The notes under the pieces were generated by a model that worked only from the letters and a program-made list of their open reading frames with translations, did no database searches and was not told the DNA's origin. A stretch of DNA of 59,963 nt, counting the filler. It is 5 parts of 5 records of this genome, joined end to end, with 100 filler letters (N's around TTAATTAATTAA, not from the genome) between each part and the next. Parts side by side here need not be neighbours in the genome. Positions count along the whole stretch, not along the records: positions 25,152 to 38,573 come from DRR723986_4954; positions 38,674 to 47,241 come from DRR723986_4959; positions 47,342 to 59,963 come from DRR723986_4962; 2 more parts are not named here. The stretch is one strand, 5' to 3'. This document shows, piece by piece, positions 38,385 through 48,377 of the stretch; position 1 is the stretch's first letter, and the number at the start of each line of letters is the position of its first letter. The translations under genes were made by a program, and so were the position numbers.

Positions 38385-38412
38385 CCAGCACCTGTCCGCG
38401 GACAGGTGCTGG
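38385..38412. repeat. Perfect 28-bp palindrome between convergent genes
   Basis: CCAGCACCTGTCCGCGGACAGGTGCTGG equals its own reverse complement. Confidence 0.8.
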
Positions 38413-38473
38413 TCTGGGGCGCTGCACGCCGATATTCCGGACATAAGGGCCATAATCACCCCACCCTTTCAGC

Positions 38474-38572
38474 TCAGCCAAACATCCGTTTCTTGCGGGC
38501 GCGGGTTTCGGTTGTGGCTTCGGTTGATCCGTCGTGGAAGGTGCCGAACCAACGGTCCCACGGCATTTCCTG
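38474..38572 (-). CDS. C-terminal end of a second sterol desaturase-family gene (truncated by contig end)
   Basis: Manual translation QEMPWDRWFGTFHDGSTEATTETRARKKRMFG* matches the C-terminus of 35900-36913. Confidence 0.8.
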   Translation of the reverse strand, partial: QEMPWDRWFGTFHDGSTEATTETRARKKRMFG

Positions 38573-38573
38573 A

Positions 38574-38673
38574 NNNNNNNNNNNNNNNNNNNNNNNNNNN
38601 NNNNNNNNNNNNNNNNNTTAATTAATTAANNNNNNNNNNNNNNNNNNNNNNNNNNNNNNNNNNNNNNNNNNNN
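38574..38673. other. Artificial contig linker
   Basis: N44-TTAATTAATTAA-N44. Confidence 0.98.
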
Positions 38674-38674
38674 C

Positions 38675-38866
38675 GGGCAGGTGGATCTGGTGATCGAGGC
38701 GGGACTGAATTCCTATGACATTTCCGCGCCCATAGCGGTGATCGAGGCGGCGGGTGGCATCGTCACCGACTGGCAGGGCGGCCCGGTGCATCAGGGTGGG
38801 CAGGTTCTGGCGGCCTCCCATGCAGCATTGCATGGCGTGGCCCTGAAACTGCTTCAGGATGTCTGA
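38675..38866 (+). CDS. Inositol monophosphatase / histidinol-phosphatase family (5' truncated)
   Basis: GQVDLVIEAGLNSYDISAPIAVIEAAGGIVTDWQG. Confidence 0.8.
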   Translation, partial: GQVDLVIEAGLNSYDISAPIAVIEAAGGIVTDWQGGPVHQGGQVLAASHAALHGVALKLLQDV

Positions 38867-38990
38867 GACTTGAGGCCTGACACCGCATCGGCCTAATCTG
38901 TCCCCGCGGTGACCCGAGTCCTTTGCCCGTCTTCTGTCGGCCCGCCCTTAACCTCTTACCGAAACGGGCTTCGGAACCTTGAGGGCTGAC

Positions 38991-40322
38991 ATGACAGATA
39001 CCATTATCAAATCCGCTGGCTGTATCCTGACGATGGATGACGCCGGAACCGAGTTTGCTGGCGCTGACATCCGTATTCGGGGCGGTGTGATTGCCGAGAT
39101 CGGCCATGGCTTAGAGGGGGGCGAGATCCACCATGCCGAGGGCTGCCTTGTCACGCCCGGCCTCGTGAACACCCATCATCACCTGTACCAAAGCCTGACC
39201 CGCGCGGTGCCCGCCGCGCAGGATGCGCTGCTGTTTGGCTGGCTTCAGACGCTTTACCCGATCTGGTCGCGCTTTGGGCCAGAGGAAATGTTCGTGTCCG
39301 CCCAGACCGGGCTGGCAGAACTGGCGCTGTCAGGGTGCAGCCTGACCTCTGATCACCTTTACCTTTACCCCAATGGTGCGCGGCTGGATGACACCATCGC
39401 CGCCGCGTCCGAGATCGGCATGCGGTTTCATCCCACAAGGGGCGCGATGAGCATCGGGGAAAGTGACGGTGGTCTGCCGCCTGACAGTCTTGTCGAGCGG
39501 GAAGAGGCCATTCTCAACGATTGTATCCGTGTCGTCGACGTCTTCCACGATCCGGCTTACGGGTCCATGTGCCGGGTGGGGATCGCGCCCTGTTCTCCTT
39601 TTTCGGTCAGTCGAGAGCTGATGCGGGATGCGGCGCTGCTGGCCCGCGACAAGGGGGTGATGCTGCACACTCATCTGGCAGAAAATGATGAAGATATTGC
39701 TTACAGCCTAGAGAAATTCGGCTGCCGTCCGGGCCAATATGCCGAGGATCTGGGCTGGACCGGCGATGATGTCTGGCATGCCCATTGCGTGAAGCTTGAC
39801 CGGCAAGAGATTGATCTATTTGCAAAAACCGGGACCGGCGTTGCCCATTGCCCCTGTTCGAACTGTCGGCTTGGGTCGGGCATCGCGCCGGTGCGCAAGA
39901 TGCGCGACGCGGGCGTCAAGGTGGGCCTTGGGGTCGATGGCTCGGCCTCGAACGATTCGGGCAATCTGATCGCTGAAACGCGTCAGGCGATGTTGCTTCA
40001 ACGGGTGTCTCAAGGGGCCGATGCGATGAGCGCGAGAGAGGCCCTGCGGATCGCCACGCGCGGCGGTGCCGAGGTGCTGGGGCGGTCCGATTGCGGGCAG
40101 ATCGCCGTCGGAAAACGCGCCGATATCGCGATCTGGGACATGTCGGGCATTGAGGCCGCGGGCAGTTGGGACATGGCCGCGATCCTGCTGGCGGGACCGA
40201 TGAAAACCCGTGACCTTTTCGTGGAAGGTCGCAAAATCGTCTCAATGGGAACACTTTTGAGCGTGGATTTACCTGTTCTTATGGAAAAGCAACGCAAGCT
40301 TGCCTTGGCCCTTGCGATGTGA
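38991..40322 (+). CDS. 8-oxoguanine deaminase-like amidohydrolase
   Basis: PGLVNTHHHLYQ, APCSPFSVS, HTHLAE, HCPCSNCRLGSG, GVDGSASND. Confidence 0.88.
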   Translation: MTDTIIKSAGCILTMDDAGTEFAGADIRIRGGVIAEIGHGLEGGEIHHAEGCLVTPGLVNTHHHLYQSLTRAVPAAQDALLFGWLQTLYPIWSRFGPEEMFVSAQTGLAELALSGCSLTSDHLYLYPNGARLDDTIAAASEIGMRFHPTRGAMSIGESDGGLPPDSLVEREEAILNDCIRVVDVFHDPAYGSMCRVGIAPCSPFSVSRELMRDAALLARDKGVMLHTHLAENDEDIAYSLEKFGCRPGQYAEDLGWTGDDVWHAHCVKLDRQEIDLFAKTGTGVAHCPCSNCRLGSGIAPVRKMRDAGVKVGLGVDGSASNDSGNLIAETRQAMLLQRVSQGADAMSAREALRIATRGGAEVLGRSDCGQIAVGKRADIAIWDMSGIEAAGSWDMAAILLAGPMKTRDLFVEGRKIVSMGTLLSVDLPVLMEKQRKLALALAM

Positions 40323-40359
40323 GTCTGTGATACTGCGGGGGCAGAACAGGACAACGACC

Positions 40360-40839
40360 ATGCGTTTACAGATCGTATTCCTTCTGGCGGCGGCGCTTTT
40401 GACGGCGGGCTGCATGGGCGGCACGACCGCCCCCTCCGCCACGCGCGCCGTTCCGGTCAGCGCGCCGCTCGGCTCTCATGGCAGCGTGGTGGCAATGATG
40501 AACCAGCAACGCAGCGCAGCGGGACTTGCCCCGGTCAGCCGGTCGCGGCAGTTGGATCGTGTGGCCATGGGCCATGCTCAGGATCAGATGCAGGGCGGGT
40601 TCTTCGGCCATCGGGGATCGAACGGGTCCAATGTTCACGCGCGGATGCAGATGGCGGGCTATGATGCGTGCCTGTCGGCGGAGAACATCGCCATGGGCCA
40701 GACCAGCGAGGCGGCCGTCATGGGCGACTGGATGGCGTCCTCTGGCCATCGCGCCAATATCCTGCACCCGCGCGCGGAACAGTTCGGCTTTGCGCAAGTG
40801 GGCAATCATTGGGTGATGGTGCTGGCGCGGCCCTGCTGA
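40360..40839 (+). CDS. CAP/SCP-domain lipoprotein
   Basis: Lipobox LTAGC; HAQD, GH, AENIAMG, WMASSGHRANIL. Confidence 0.88.
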   Translation: MRLQIVFLLAAALLTAGCMGGTTAPSATRAVPVSAPLGSHGSVVAMMNQQRSAAGLAPVSRSRQLDRVAMGHAQDQMQGGFFGHRGSNGSNVHARMQMAGYDACLSAENIAMGQTSEAAVMGDWMASSGHRANILHPRAEQFGFAQVGNHWVMVLARPC

Positions 40840-40851
40840 CCCGCTGCCGGA

Positions 40852-42132
40852 TCACACGGGTTTTCCGGCCACCCGAACCTCTGTAATCGCGCGGTCATCG
40901 CCCATCATGATGGTTGGGAAAAGCGCCTCCCAGATTGTCTCGGCGCGCGCGGATCGCTGTGCGATGGCGGGGGTCGAGGCGAGGTCGAGCACCACCAGAT
41001 CGGCCTCCATCCCCTTTGCCACGCGCCCCACCTTGTCGTCGATGCGCAGCGCGCGGGCAGAGCCTTCGGTGGCCAGCCAGATCAGTTCGGCCGGATGCAG
41101 GGCGCGGCCACGAAGCTGGCCGATCTCATAGGCGGCGGCCATGGTGCGCAGCATCGAAAAGCTTGATCCGCCGCCGGTGTCTGTTGCCAATCCCACACGG
41201 ATCGACCCGCCCGCAAGGCCCATATCAAACAGCCCTGAGCCAATGAACGTGTTCGAGGTCGGGCAATGGATCAGCGCTGCGCCGACCTCTCGCAGCCGGT
41301 CGATTTCGCGTGGTTCCAGATGAATCGCGTGGCCATAAAGTCCGCCCGCGCCAAGCAGCCCGTGCGTCTCGTAGGTATCAAGGTAGTCGCGCGCCTGCGG
41401 GTACAGCCCCTTGACCCACTCGATCTCGTCGGTCTGTTCGCTCAGATGGGTCTGCATCAGGCAATCGGGATGTTCGGCCCACAACACGCCAAGCGCCGTC
41501 AACTGACCGGGGGTCGAGGTCGGCGAAAAGCGCGGGGTGATGATATAGCCCAACCGGTCCACCCCATGCCATTTTTCAAGCAGCGCCTTGCTGTCGTCAT
41601 AAGCCGCCTGCGCTGTGTCCCGCAGCCCCTCGGGCGCATTGCGATCCATGCAGGTCTTGCCTGCCAGCGCGCGCAGGCCACGGGCCTGAGCCTCAGCAAA
41701 ATAAGCGTCCACACTTTCGGGGTGGATGGTGCAGTAGCTGGCAACGGTGGTGGTGCCGTTCGACAGGGTCAGGTCGAAATACCGCGCCGCAATCTCGGCC
41801 GCATAGTCGGGGTCCGCAAAGCGCATTTCCTCGGGGAAGGTATAGGTGTTCAGCCAGTCAATCAGCCGCTTGCCCCAGGACGCGATCATCGCGGTTTGGG
41901 GATAGTGGGCATGGGCATCGACGAAGCCGGGCAGGATCAGACCTTTGCCATGATCCACGATATCAGCACCGGGATGCGCGGCGCGCAGGTCATCGGCCTG
42001 ACCCACATCTGCAATCATCCTGTCGCGGATCAGCACCGCGCCATGCGTATCGTGGCGTGCCGTCTCGACGCCTGCCACAAAGGGGTCGGCGTCGAACCGC
42101 AGGAGTTGCCCAAGAAGTAGAGTGTCGCGCAT
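40852..42132 (-). CDS. guaD: Guanine deaminase
   Basis: GFVDAHAHYPQ, WLNTYTFPEE, ITPRFSPT, QTHLSE, HCPTSN, TDTGGG. Confidence 0.93.
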   Translation of the reverse strand: MRDTLLLGQLLRFDADPFVAGVETARHDTHGAVLIRDRMIADVGQADDLRAAHPGADIVDHGKGLILPGFVDAHAHYPQTAMIASWGKRLIDWLNTYTFPEEMRFADPDYAAEIAARYFDLTLSNGTTTVASYCTIHPESVDAYFAEAQARGLRALAGKTCMDRNAPEGLRDTAQAAYDDSKALLEKWHGVDRLGYIITPRFSPTSTPGQLTALGVLWAEHPDCLMQTHLSEQTDEIEWVKGLYPQARDYLDTYETHGLLGAGGLYGHAIHLEPREIDRLREVGAALIHCPTSNTFIGSGLFDMGLAGGSIRVGLATDTGGGSSFSMLRTMAAAYEIGQLRGRALHPAELIWLATEGSARALRIDDKVGRVAKGMEADLVVLDLASTPAIAQRSARAETIWEALFPTIMMGDDRAITEVRVAGKPV

Positions 42133-42226
42133 ATTCTATCCTTTTCCCGGCCCGATCCCTGTCATATCCCTGCGGGCCGGGGTATGTTATCCGAAAAAGC
42201 GTTAAAGACTTTCAAGGCGGGGGCGA

Positions 42227-43615
42227 ATGGCGAAAGACGACATCCAGAAATCGGACCTGCCGGAGGACGCCTATGCGTTGGACGCCTCTCTCTATGACGA
42301 TGTTCTGGATGCGATAGAGGCAAGGAACCCGGAGCGTATCGCCGCGCTGTTCGAGCCGCTGCACCCTGCTGACATCGCCGACCTTCTGGAACAGATGTCG
42401 CATTCCGAGCGGGAAGCGCTGCTTCTGTTCTGGAGCGAGGGGATCGACGGCGAGGTTCTGTCGGAACTGGATGAAGGCATCCGGGAAGACGTGATCGACC
42501 TGCTGCCCGCCCTGGTTCTGGCGGATGCCGTGCGGGACATGGAAAGCGACGATGTTGTCGACCTGCTGGAAGATCTGGAAGACGCAGACCAGCAGGCGGC
42601 GATTCTGGGGGCGCTGGACGATGCCGACCGGGCCGCTGTCGAAGAGGCGTTAAGCTATCCGGAGTACTCTGCCGGTCGACTGATGCAGCGCGAGATCGTG
42701 CGCGTGCCGGAATTCTGGACCGTGGGCGAGGCCATCGACTTCCTGCGCGCAGAGACGACGGACCTGCCGGAACAGTTCTATCACCTGATCCTTGTCGACC
42801 CGCGCATGAAACCGGTGGGCAACGTGACGCTCGGGCGGCTTTTGTCGACGCAGCGGGCGGTCGCCTTGCGCGATATTGTCGAGGAAACCTTCGTGCTGAT
42901 CCCGGTCAGCCAGCCCGAGGCCGACGTGGCCTATGCGTTCAACCAATACCATCTGATTTCCGCGCCCGTCGTCGATGATGACGGGCGGCTGGTCGGGGTC
43001 ATCACCATAGACGACGCGATGATCGTTCTGGAGGACGAGGCCGAGGAAGACATTTTGCGTTTGGCCGGTGTCGGTGAAGGCAGCCTGTCGGACCGGGTGT
43101 TGGAAACAACCCGGCAACGGTTCCCGTGGCTGTTCGTGAACCTCATCACCGCGATTCTCGCGTCGCTGGTGATCTCTCAGTTCGAGGCCACGATTGCCCA
43201 GTTCGTTGCGCTGGCGGTGTTGATGCCGATCGTGGCGTCCATGGGCGGCAATGCGGGCACGCAGAGCCTGACCGTGGCGGTGCGCGCCATTGCCACCCGT
43301 GACTTGACCGGATCAAACCTGATGCGCGTGGTCATGAGAGAGGCGGGGGTTGGCCTGATCAACGGGCTGGTCTTCGCCGCGGTGATGGGGGCCGTGGGGC
43401 TCTTCTGGTTCGGATCGGCGGCCCTTGGCGGCATCATCGCTGTGGCGATGGTGATCAACCTTGTGATCGCGGGGCTGGCGGGCATCCTGATTCCGGTAGC
43501 TTTGGACAAGCTGGAGATCGACCCGGCGCTGGCGTCTGGTGCGTTCGTGACGACGGTGACGGATGTGGTGGGGTTCTTCGCGTTTCTGGGGCTGGCGGCG
43601 GCCATCCTGTTCTGA
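42227..43615 (+). CDS. mgtE: Magnesium transporter MgtE
   Basis: Acidic N-domain, YPEYSAGRLM, CBS pair, RFPWL, MGGNAGTQ, DPALASGAFVTTVTD. Confidence 0.95.
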   Translation: MAKDDIQKSDLPEDAYALDASLYDDVLDAIEARNPERIAALFEPLHPADIADLLEQMSHSEREALLLFWSEGIDGEVLSELDEGIREDVIDLLPALVLADAVRDMESDDVVDLLEDLEDADQQAAILGALDDADRAAVEEALSYPEYSAGRLMQREIVRVPEFWTVGEAIDFLRAETTDLPEQFYHLILVDPRMKPVGNVTLGRLLSTQRAVALRDIVEETFVLIPVSQPEADVAYAFNQYHLISAPVVDDDGRLVGVITIDDAMIVLEDEAEEDILRLAGVGEGSLSDRVLETTRQRFPWLFVNLITAILASLVISQFEATIAQFVALAVLMPIVASMGGNAGTQSLTVAVRAIATRDLTGSNLMRVVMREAGVGLINGLVFAAVMGAVGLFWFGSAALGGIIAVAMVINLVIAGLAGILIPVALDKLEIDPALASGAFVTTVTDVVGFFAFLGLAAAILF

Positions 43616-43631
43616 CCGCCCGTTCGGCGGA

Positions 43632-46600
43632 TCAGCCTGCGGGCACTTCCAGCGTGATGGTGCGGCCGCGTTTGACATATTGCAAAGAGCTTTCGCCAAT
43701 GGCGGCGACCTGGCCGCCGTCCAGCCGGTCACCGACTTCGACGGTCACGAACCGGCCAGAGGGCAGGCGGATCAGCGCCCGGCGCGCCCCGGATGATCCG
43801 CTGACGCCGATGAGATTGAGGTCGCGAAGATTGATGCCGCCATCTTCCGTCGCCGCGCGCGTGACCGAGGCAGAGCTGGGAATATCAGGTTCGATCGTAT
43901 CAGCGGTACTGGCGGCAACCGGCGGGGCGGGGCCGCTGTTGCCCGCCGCTCGGGCCTCTTCCACCAAGGTTTCGATGTTGCTTGGCCGCGGGTTTGGAAA
44001 ATACGACACGGCCACCGCCAGATCACTGGCCGAGGTCACATCGCCGGGAGAGTCGTCCGCTGCCGCCGATGCTTCGGCCGCGGCGGCGGCCTCTTCTTGC
44101 AGCGACAGGGGGCGGCTCTCCGGGCGGATCGCGGCCAGTTCGTCAAAGGTAATGCCGCCAAGAACCGCGCGTTCGCGTTGTTCTTGCAGGTCATCGGGGC
44201 GGGATTCTGGGCGGAACGCCTCCAGCAGGCCGGTATCCACCGCGCCGGGGGGCACCCCTCCGGGTTCTTCCACCTCTGTTGCATCGGGGTCTCCCGCCTC
44301 GGCTATCGCGACGGATTCCGCGACCGCGGCGGCCAGAACCTCGGGGGCATCGCGCGGGCGCGGCACCGCTTGGACAGGCGGAGTTCCGGCATAGACGAGA
44401 ATGCCATAGGGCGTCATCGCGCCCTCGGGCATCGGTTCGACCATTGTTGCCGGATCCAGCGCCAGCAAGGGGCCGGACAGGCCGGAATCCGCAGGTGCAA
44501 CCGGCATGTCGCGCGATGGCAGAAAGTTGGGGATCGGCAGCGCGTAGGCGTCATGCACGGCAACCGTCGGATCGAGCCCGGCGAATATCACCTCCTCCAA
44601 CACCGGTTCGGGGTCGGGCAGAGTAATGACCGGCGGGCGCTGCCAGACGCCGGTTCGCGCGTAGAAATTCGCGTTTTCCTCTTCCGAGGGCAGAACCGTT
44701 TCCGGGTCGATCACCGGAGACGCAACCGGGGCCGGGCCAAGATCGAGGTCTTCGGCGTCGATGTCGGGCAGAAGCTCTGGCGCTTGGGGGGGGATGATCG
44801 ACGGCGAGGGCGCGTCTTCCGGGGTCAGGTTGGCCATGACATCCGGCGCATCCTGGGCAGAGGGGAAGGGCGTCACCAATTGCGGTGCATCGAGAACCTC
44901 TGGGTCCGTGTCGGCAATGATCACCTCATCCTGCGTACCGAGACCCATCCAGCGGCCAAGCGCAGTGTCGGGCAGATAGAACGCGGCCCAGATCCCGACC
45001 AGCCCAAGCACAGCCAGCAGGATCAGCGTAAGGATAAGCCCCGTCTTGACCGATGGCCCGCGGCTGGTCGCAACCGACCCGCGTGCCAGCAGACCGCCCA
45101 TGATCGGGGCATCCGCGTCGGTGATCTTGGGCTCCTCGCGATTGCGTTTGGGCGGAGAGAAGCGGCGTCGCTGCTCATTGGCTGGTGGCGGCGGGGTGAT
45201 GGTTTCGGTGGTCGCGGCGGCCTGCGCGGCGGCAGCGGGGTCTGCCTTTTTCCTGCGGCCAAGCTTGCCAAGCCCCTTGCGGGATTGGGGTTCCGCCGGG
45301 GGCGGGGTCGGGGTGGTTTCTGGCACGGCCTGCGGTTCCGCGATCGCTGACGGGGCGGCGGCTTGCGTTTCCTGCGCATCGTCCGTTTCGCCCCGTCCAA
45401 TCGCCCGCAACCGCGATCCGATGGCAGACCGACCGTCCGACAAGCGGCCTGACAGGCCAGAGGCCGCATCCCGCGCCTTGCCGGTGCTTTCGCTTAGGTG
45501 ACGACCAAGCCCGGCCATTCGATCCTTGAGGGACGTCTTGTCCCCCCTCAGGCTCGGAGCCGGGCCGGCAAAGGGATTGTGCCCTGGGGCGGGCCGGTCT
45601 TCCGGCGGGCGCGCCGCGATCTGGGACTTTAGCCGCGCCAGGGGAGGCAATTGCGGTTCGGGACCAGCGCTGCGCGGACGCGAGGGGGTTGGCTTGGCTG
45701 CGGTCGGCTTCGGCGTCCTGGTGTCGTCTGGCGCGTTGGCTTCGACCGTATCACTGCCCGACTTGCCACCCTGCCGCGCAGCCCGGCCAAAGACCGGCTC
45801 CTGCCGGTCACCGGTTTCGGGCTTCCGGTCGCGTGGCAATGCCGGTTCCGGCAGTTTGTCCACCGTTTCGGGTTCAGCGCCGGGGCCGAAGCGGGATTTG
45901 CGGTTGCGAACGAGACTGCCTGCGGTCTCTGGCTCTGCGTGTTTGCGGCGTGACCCGAACCCGGCGGGAACCTGCAACGGCTCTTCCGATGCGGGCGTTT
46001 CGGTCGATGCGCTGTCATCGTCTTCCGGCATGCCGGTTTCAGACGGCTCCGGCCCAAGCCCGAGGGGCGGCACCTCAACTGCCACCTCCGGCGCGGTCGG
46101 CGACCGCTGTGCTGGCGGATCGGCCGGTTCGGGTTTCTCCACGGTTTCCGGTTCATCGGGGCGTACTGGCGCCTCGGCCACTGGCTCAGGGACGGGCGGT
46201 GTCACTTCCAACGCGGGCGAATCCGAGACCGGAGCAGCCTCCGTGACCGGGGGGGCGGCACCAGGTGCGTCCGCCACCGAGGCGTCGTCGCCGACAGGCT
46301 CTTCCGGCGTATCCGCCGTCGGCTGGGTCGCCTCCCTGCGGGATTTGTGCCAGGTGTCATGGCCGAACTCGATATCGGATATATCGGCGGTCCAGTCGAT
46401 CGAGCGATCAAAATGCGCCACGCCGCGATAGCGATTATCAAGGGGCCGCGCCCCGAACCCCGCGGGGGCAAAGCCGTGACCGGTCGCAAACGCGCGCGCC
46501 TCGTCCAGCGTTTCCTGCGCGACAACGGCCAGTTTGACGCGGCCATCGTCCAAAGGAAACCAGTCGAAGGCCAACTGGTCGACGGGGTAGGGGGTCAGCC

Positions 46601-46877
46601 CGTCCAGCCCGGCGCGGATCTGTTCCAGCCGGTCCTCCTCGTCGGGGCCAGGGGCGGTCAGCGAGGTATACAGAATCTGATCGTCCGGCAGGATCAGAAG
46701 TGTTTCGAAATCCTTGCCCGCCCGCTGCTCGGCCATTTTGCGCAAGACCAGCAAGGACGCCCCCAGATCGGGGACATCCAGTGCGGTATCGCCCAGAACG
46801 GCCCAGTGGCCTCCGGGCTGACGATGCGCCAGGGCTATGCCCTCGGGCGAAAGGAACAGCGCGAAATTTGGTGCCAT
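43632..46877 (-). CDS. Large bitopic protein: globular N-domain, long Pro/Ala/acidic linkers, single TM, PilP/GspC-like C-terminal domain
   Basis: TM GLILTLILLAVLGLVGIWAAFYL; C-terminal LIGVSG...RALIRLPSG...VEVGDRLDGGQVAAIGESSL. Confidence 0.7.
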   Translation of the reverse strand: MAPNFALFLSPEGIALAHRQPGGHWAVLGDTALDVPDLGASLLVLRKMAEQRAGKDFETLLILPDDQILYTSLTAPGPDEEDRLEQIRAGLDGLTPYPVDQLAFDWFPLDDGRVKLAVVAQETLDEARAFATGHGFAPAGFGARPLDNRYRGVAHFDRSIDWTADISDIEFGHDTWHKSRREATQPTADTPEEPVGDDASVADAPGAAPPVTEAAPVSDSPALEVTPPVPEPVAEAPVRPDEPETVEKPEPADPPAQRSPTAPEVAVEVPPLGLGPEPSETGMPEDDDSASTETPASEEPLQVPAGFGSRRKHAEPETAGSLVRNRKSRFGPGAEPETVDKLPEPALPRDRKPETGDRQEPVFGRAARQGGKSGSDTVEANAPDDTRTPKPTAAKPTPSRPRSAGPEPQLPPLARLKSQIAARPPEDRPAPGHNPFAGPAPSLRGDKTSLKDRMAGLGRHLSESTGKARDAASGLSGRLSDGRSAIGSRLRAIGRGETDDAQETQAAAPSAIAEPQAVPETTPTPPPAEPQSRKGLGKLGRRKKADPAAAAQAAATTETITPPPPANEQRRRFSPPKRNREEPKITDADAPIMGGLLARGSVATSRGPSVKTGLILTLILLAVLGLVGIWAAFYLPDTALGRWMGLGTQDEVIIADTDPEVLDAPQLVTPFPSAQDAPDVMANLTPEDAPSPSIIPPQAPELLPDIDAEDLDLGPAPVASPVIDPETVLPSEEENANFYARTGVWQRPPVITLPDPEPVLEEVIFAGLDPTVAVHDAYALPIPNFLPSRDMPVAPADSGLSGPLLALDPATMVEPMPEGAMTPYGILVYAGTPPVQAVPRPRDAPEVLAAAVAESVAIAEAGDPDATEVEEPGGVPPGAVDTGLLEAFRPESRPDDLQEQRERAVLGGITFDELAAIRPESRPLSLQEEAAAAAEASAAADDSPGDVTSASDLAVAVSYFPNPRPSNIETLVEEARAAGNSGPAPPVAASTADTIEPDIPSSASVTRAATEDGGINLRDLNLIGVSGSSGARRALIRLPSGRFVTVEVGDRLDGGQVAAIGESSLQYVKRGRTITLEVPAG

Positions 46878-47120
46878 TCAGGTCCTCTGAAGATCGGGGC
46901 CGCACAATTCACCGGGCCCCCTGCCTACCCTCCGCTCCTTATCGCAGAACATGGCCAAGCAAAACCCGATGCCCGCGCGCCAGCGGCGGGTGGGCGGAAT
47001 TCATCCTAAGCTGTTCACGGATAAGATCAAAGGAAAGTTAACAGATCGGCTTCCTTGTCCGGAATAACTGGATTTTCTGCCCTTTTGGACAGGCGTATCT
47101 TGTCCGTTTCCAAAAGCTAA

Positions 47121-47217
47121 AGGGCGCGCCGTTAACCTTAACGCGCGCGCCCTCGCTTTCATCTTGGCTAAAATACCTCGGGGGAGTCGCCGCTAGGCGG
47201 CGGGGGCAGAGCCCCCT
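47121..47217. repeat. Hairpin plus REP-like element
   Basis: agggcgcgc...gcgcgccct hairpin, then tttcatcttggctaaaatacctcggggg...ggggg-cagag-ccccc. Confidence 0.55.
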
Positions 47218-47241
47218 CCACCCTGTAAGGTCAGGCGGTGG

Positions 47242-47341
47242 NNNNNNNNNNNNNNNNNNNNNNNNNNNNNNNNNNNNNNNNNNNNTTAATTAATTAANNN
47301 NNNNNNNNNNNNNNNNNNNNNNNNNNNNNNNNNNNNNNNNN
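47242..47341. other. Artificial contig linker
   Basis: N44-TTAATTAATTAA-N44. Confidence 0.98.
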
Positions 47342-47911
47342 CCCGCCGATCTGGCGGTACATGTTGACGTTGAAGCCGGCATGGTGCCCATGGTCGACAT
47401 AGCCGGAAATCTTGCCTCCACGATGAACCGAGCCTCCGGAACCAAGCGGTGTATCAACGATCCAGGCGTTGGCGCGTTCGAAACACGTGTCTCCAACTGC
47501 ATCCATTGGGATGACGACTGAAGCCGCACCCGTGGCCTTGAGTGCTTTTGCGACGGAAAGGATGAAATCGGCAGGGTAGATCGAGTGTGCGTCGCATCGG
47601 ACAATGTACTGCGTAACGGGCGTGCTTGCGTCCAGAACCGCCAGGTTCATGGCGGCCGCCTGCAATTTTTTCGGATTGTGGATCAGCTGCAGGTTCGGGA
47701 ACTCCGATTTCAGGTGCTCGACGATCTCAACGGTTTTGTCGGTACTGCCACCATCGGCGACAACCAGCGGGATGCTGCGCAACTGGGCATCGCCCCGCAT
47801 CAGCGAGCGAATGCAGGTCTCGATATGGCGTTCTTCGTTCAGCGTTGGAATTACGGCCAGAATCGAGGCGGGCGCCGGCTCCGGCGCTTCATTTCGTTCG
47901 ATTTCAGCCAT
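47342..47911 (-). CDS. GT2 glycosyltransferase, succinoglycan ExoA-like (3' truncated)
   Basis: VIPTLNEE, ADGGSTD, RCDAHS, LGSGGS.HR, VDHGHHA. Confidence 0.8.
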
Positions 47912-48077
47912 TGCATGCGCACCCATGGCGACCTCTGATGAATGTCTTCACCTGTGAAGGGAGCAAATTCCATTCCAGACGGCTGAAGCGAAGCTGAGAC
48001 GATGGCATCCCTAACGTCAATCTTGCCGCGCTGGCCGAACCCCATATGGTGGGACAAAACAGGAGGAATTGCGAAAC

Positions 48078-48368
48078 ATGATCGGCGTCGTAGCAAAACT
48101 AACTATTCAGTCTGGCAAAGAGTCGGAATTTGAACAGGTCGGCAAGGACCTTATGGCGAAGGTGAAGGCAAATGAGCCCGGCTGCCTGACCTACCAGCTC
48201 TACAAGTCGAAGAAAGACCCGAGCGTCTATATCTTCATGGAACAATATGCTTCCGAAGAGGCGTTGAAATCCCACGGGCAGACTGAATATTTCAAGGCTG
48301 CCGGCCCAGCGCTGGGTGCGTGTCTCGCCGGAGCTCCTGACGTCCAGTATTTCGACATCGTCGAATAG
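48078..48368 (+). CDS. Antibiotic biosynthesis monooxygenase (ABM) family protein
   Basis: NEPGCLTYQL, EQY...ALKSH; AGGAGG RBS. Confidence 0.85.
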   Translation: MIGVVAKLTIQSGKESEFEQVGKDLMAKVKANEPGCLTYQLYKSKKDPSVYIFMEQYASEEALKSHGQTEYFKAAGPALGACLAGAPDVQYFDIVE

Positions 48369-48377
48369 GGGGCTGAC

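Noticed and set aside
38991-42132. Two convergent purine deaminases with a CAP-domain gene between them
   Set aside because: Ordinary purine catabolism neighbourhood; nothing ties the CAP lipoprotein to it
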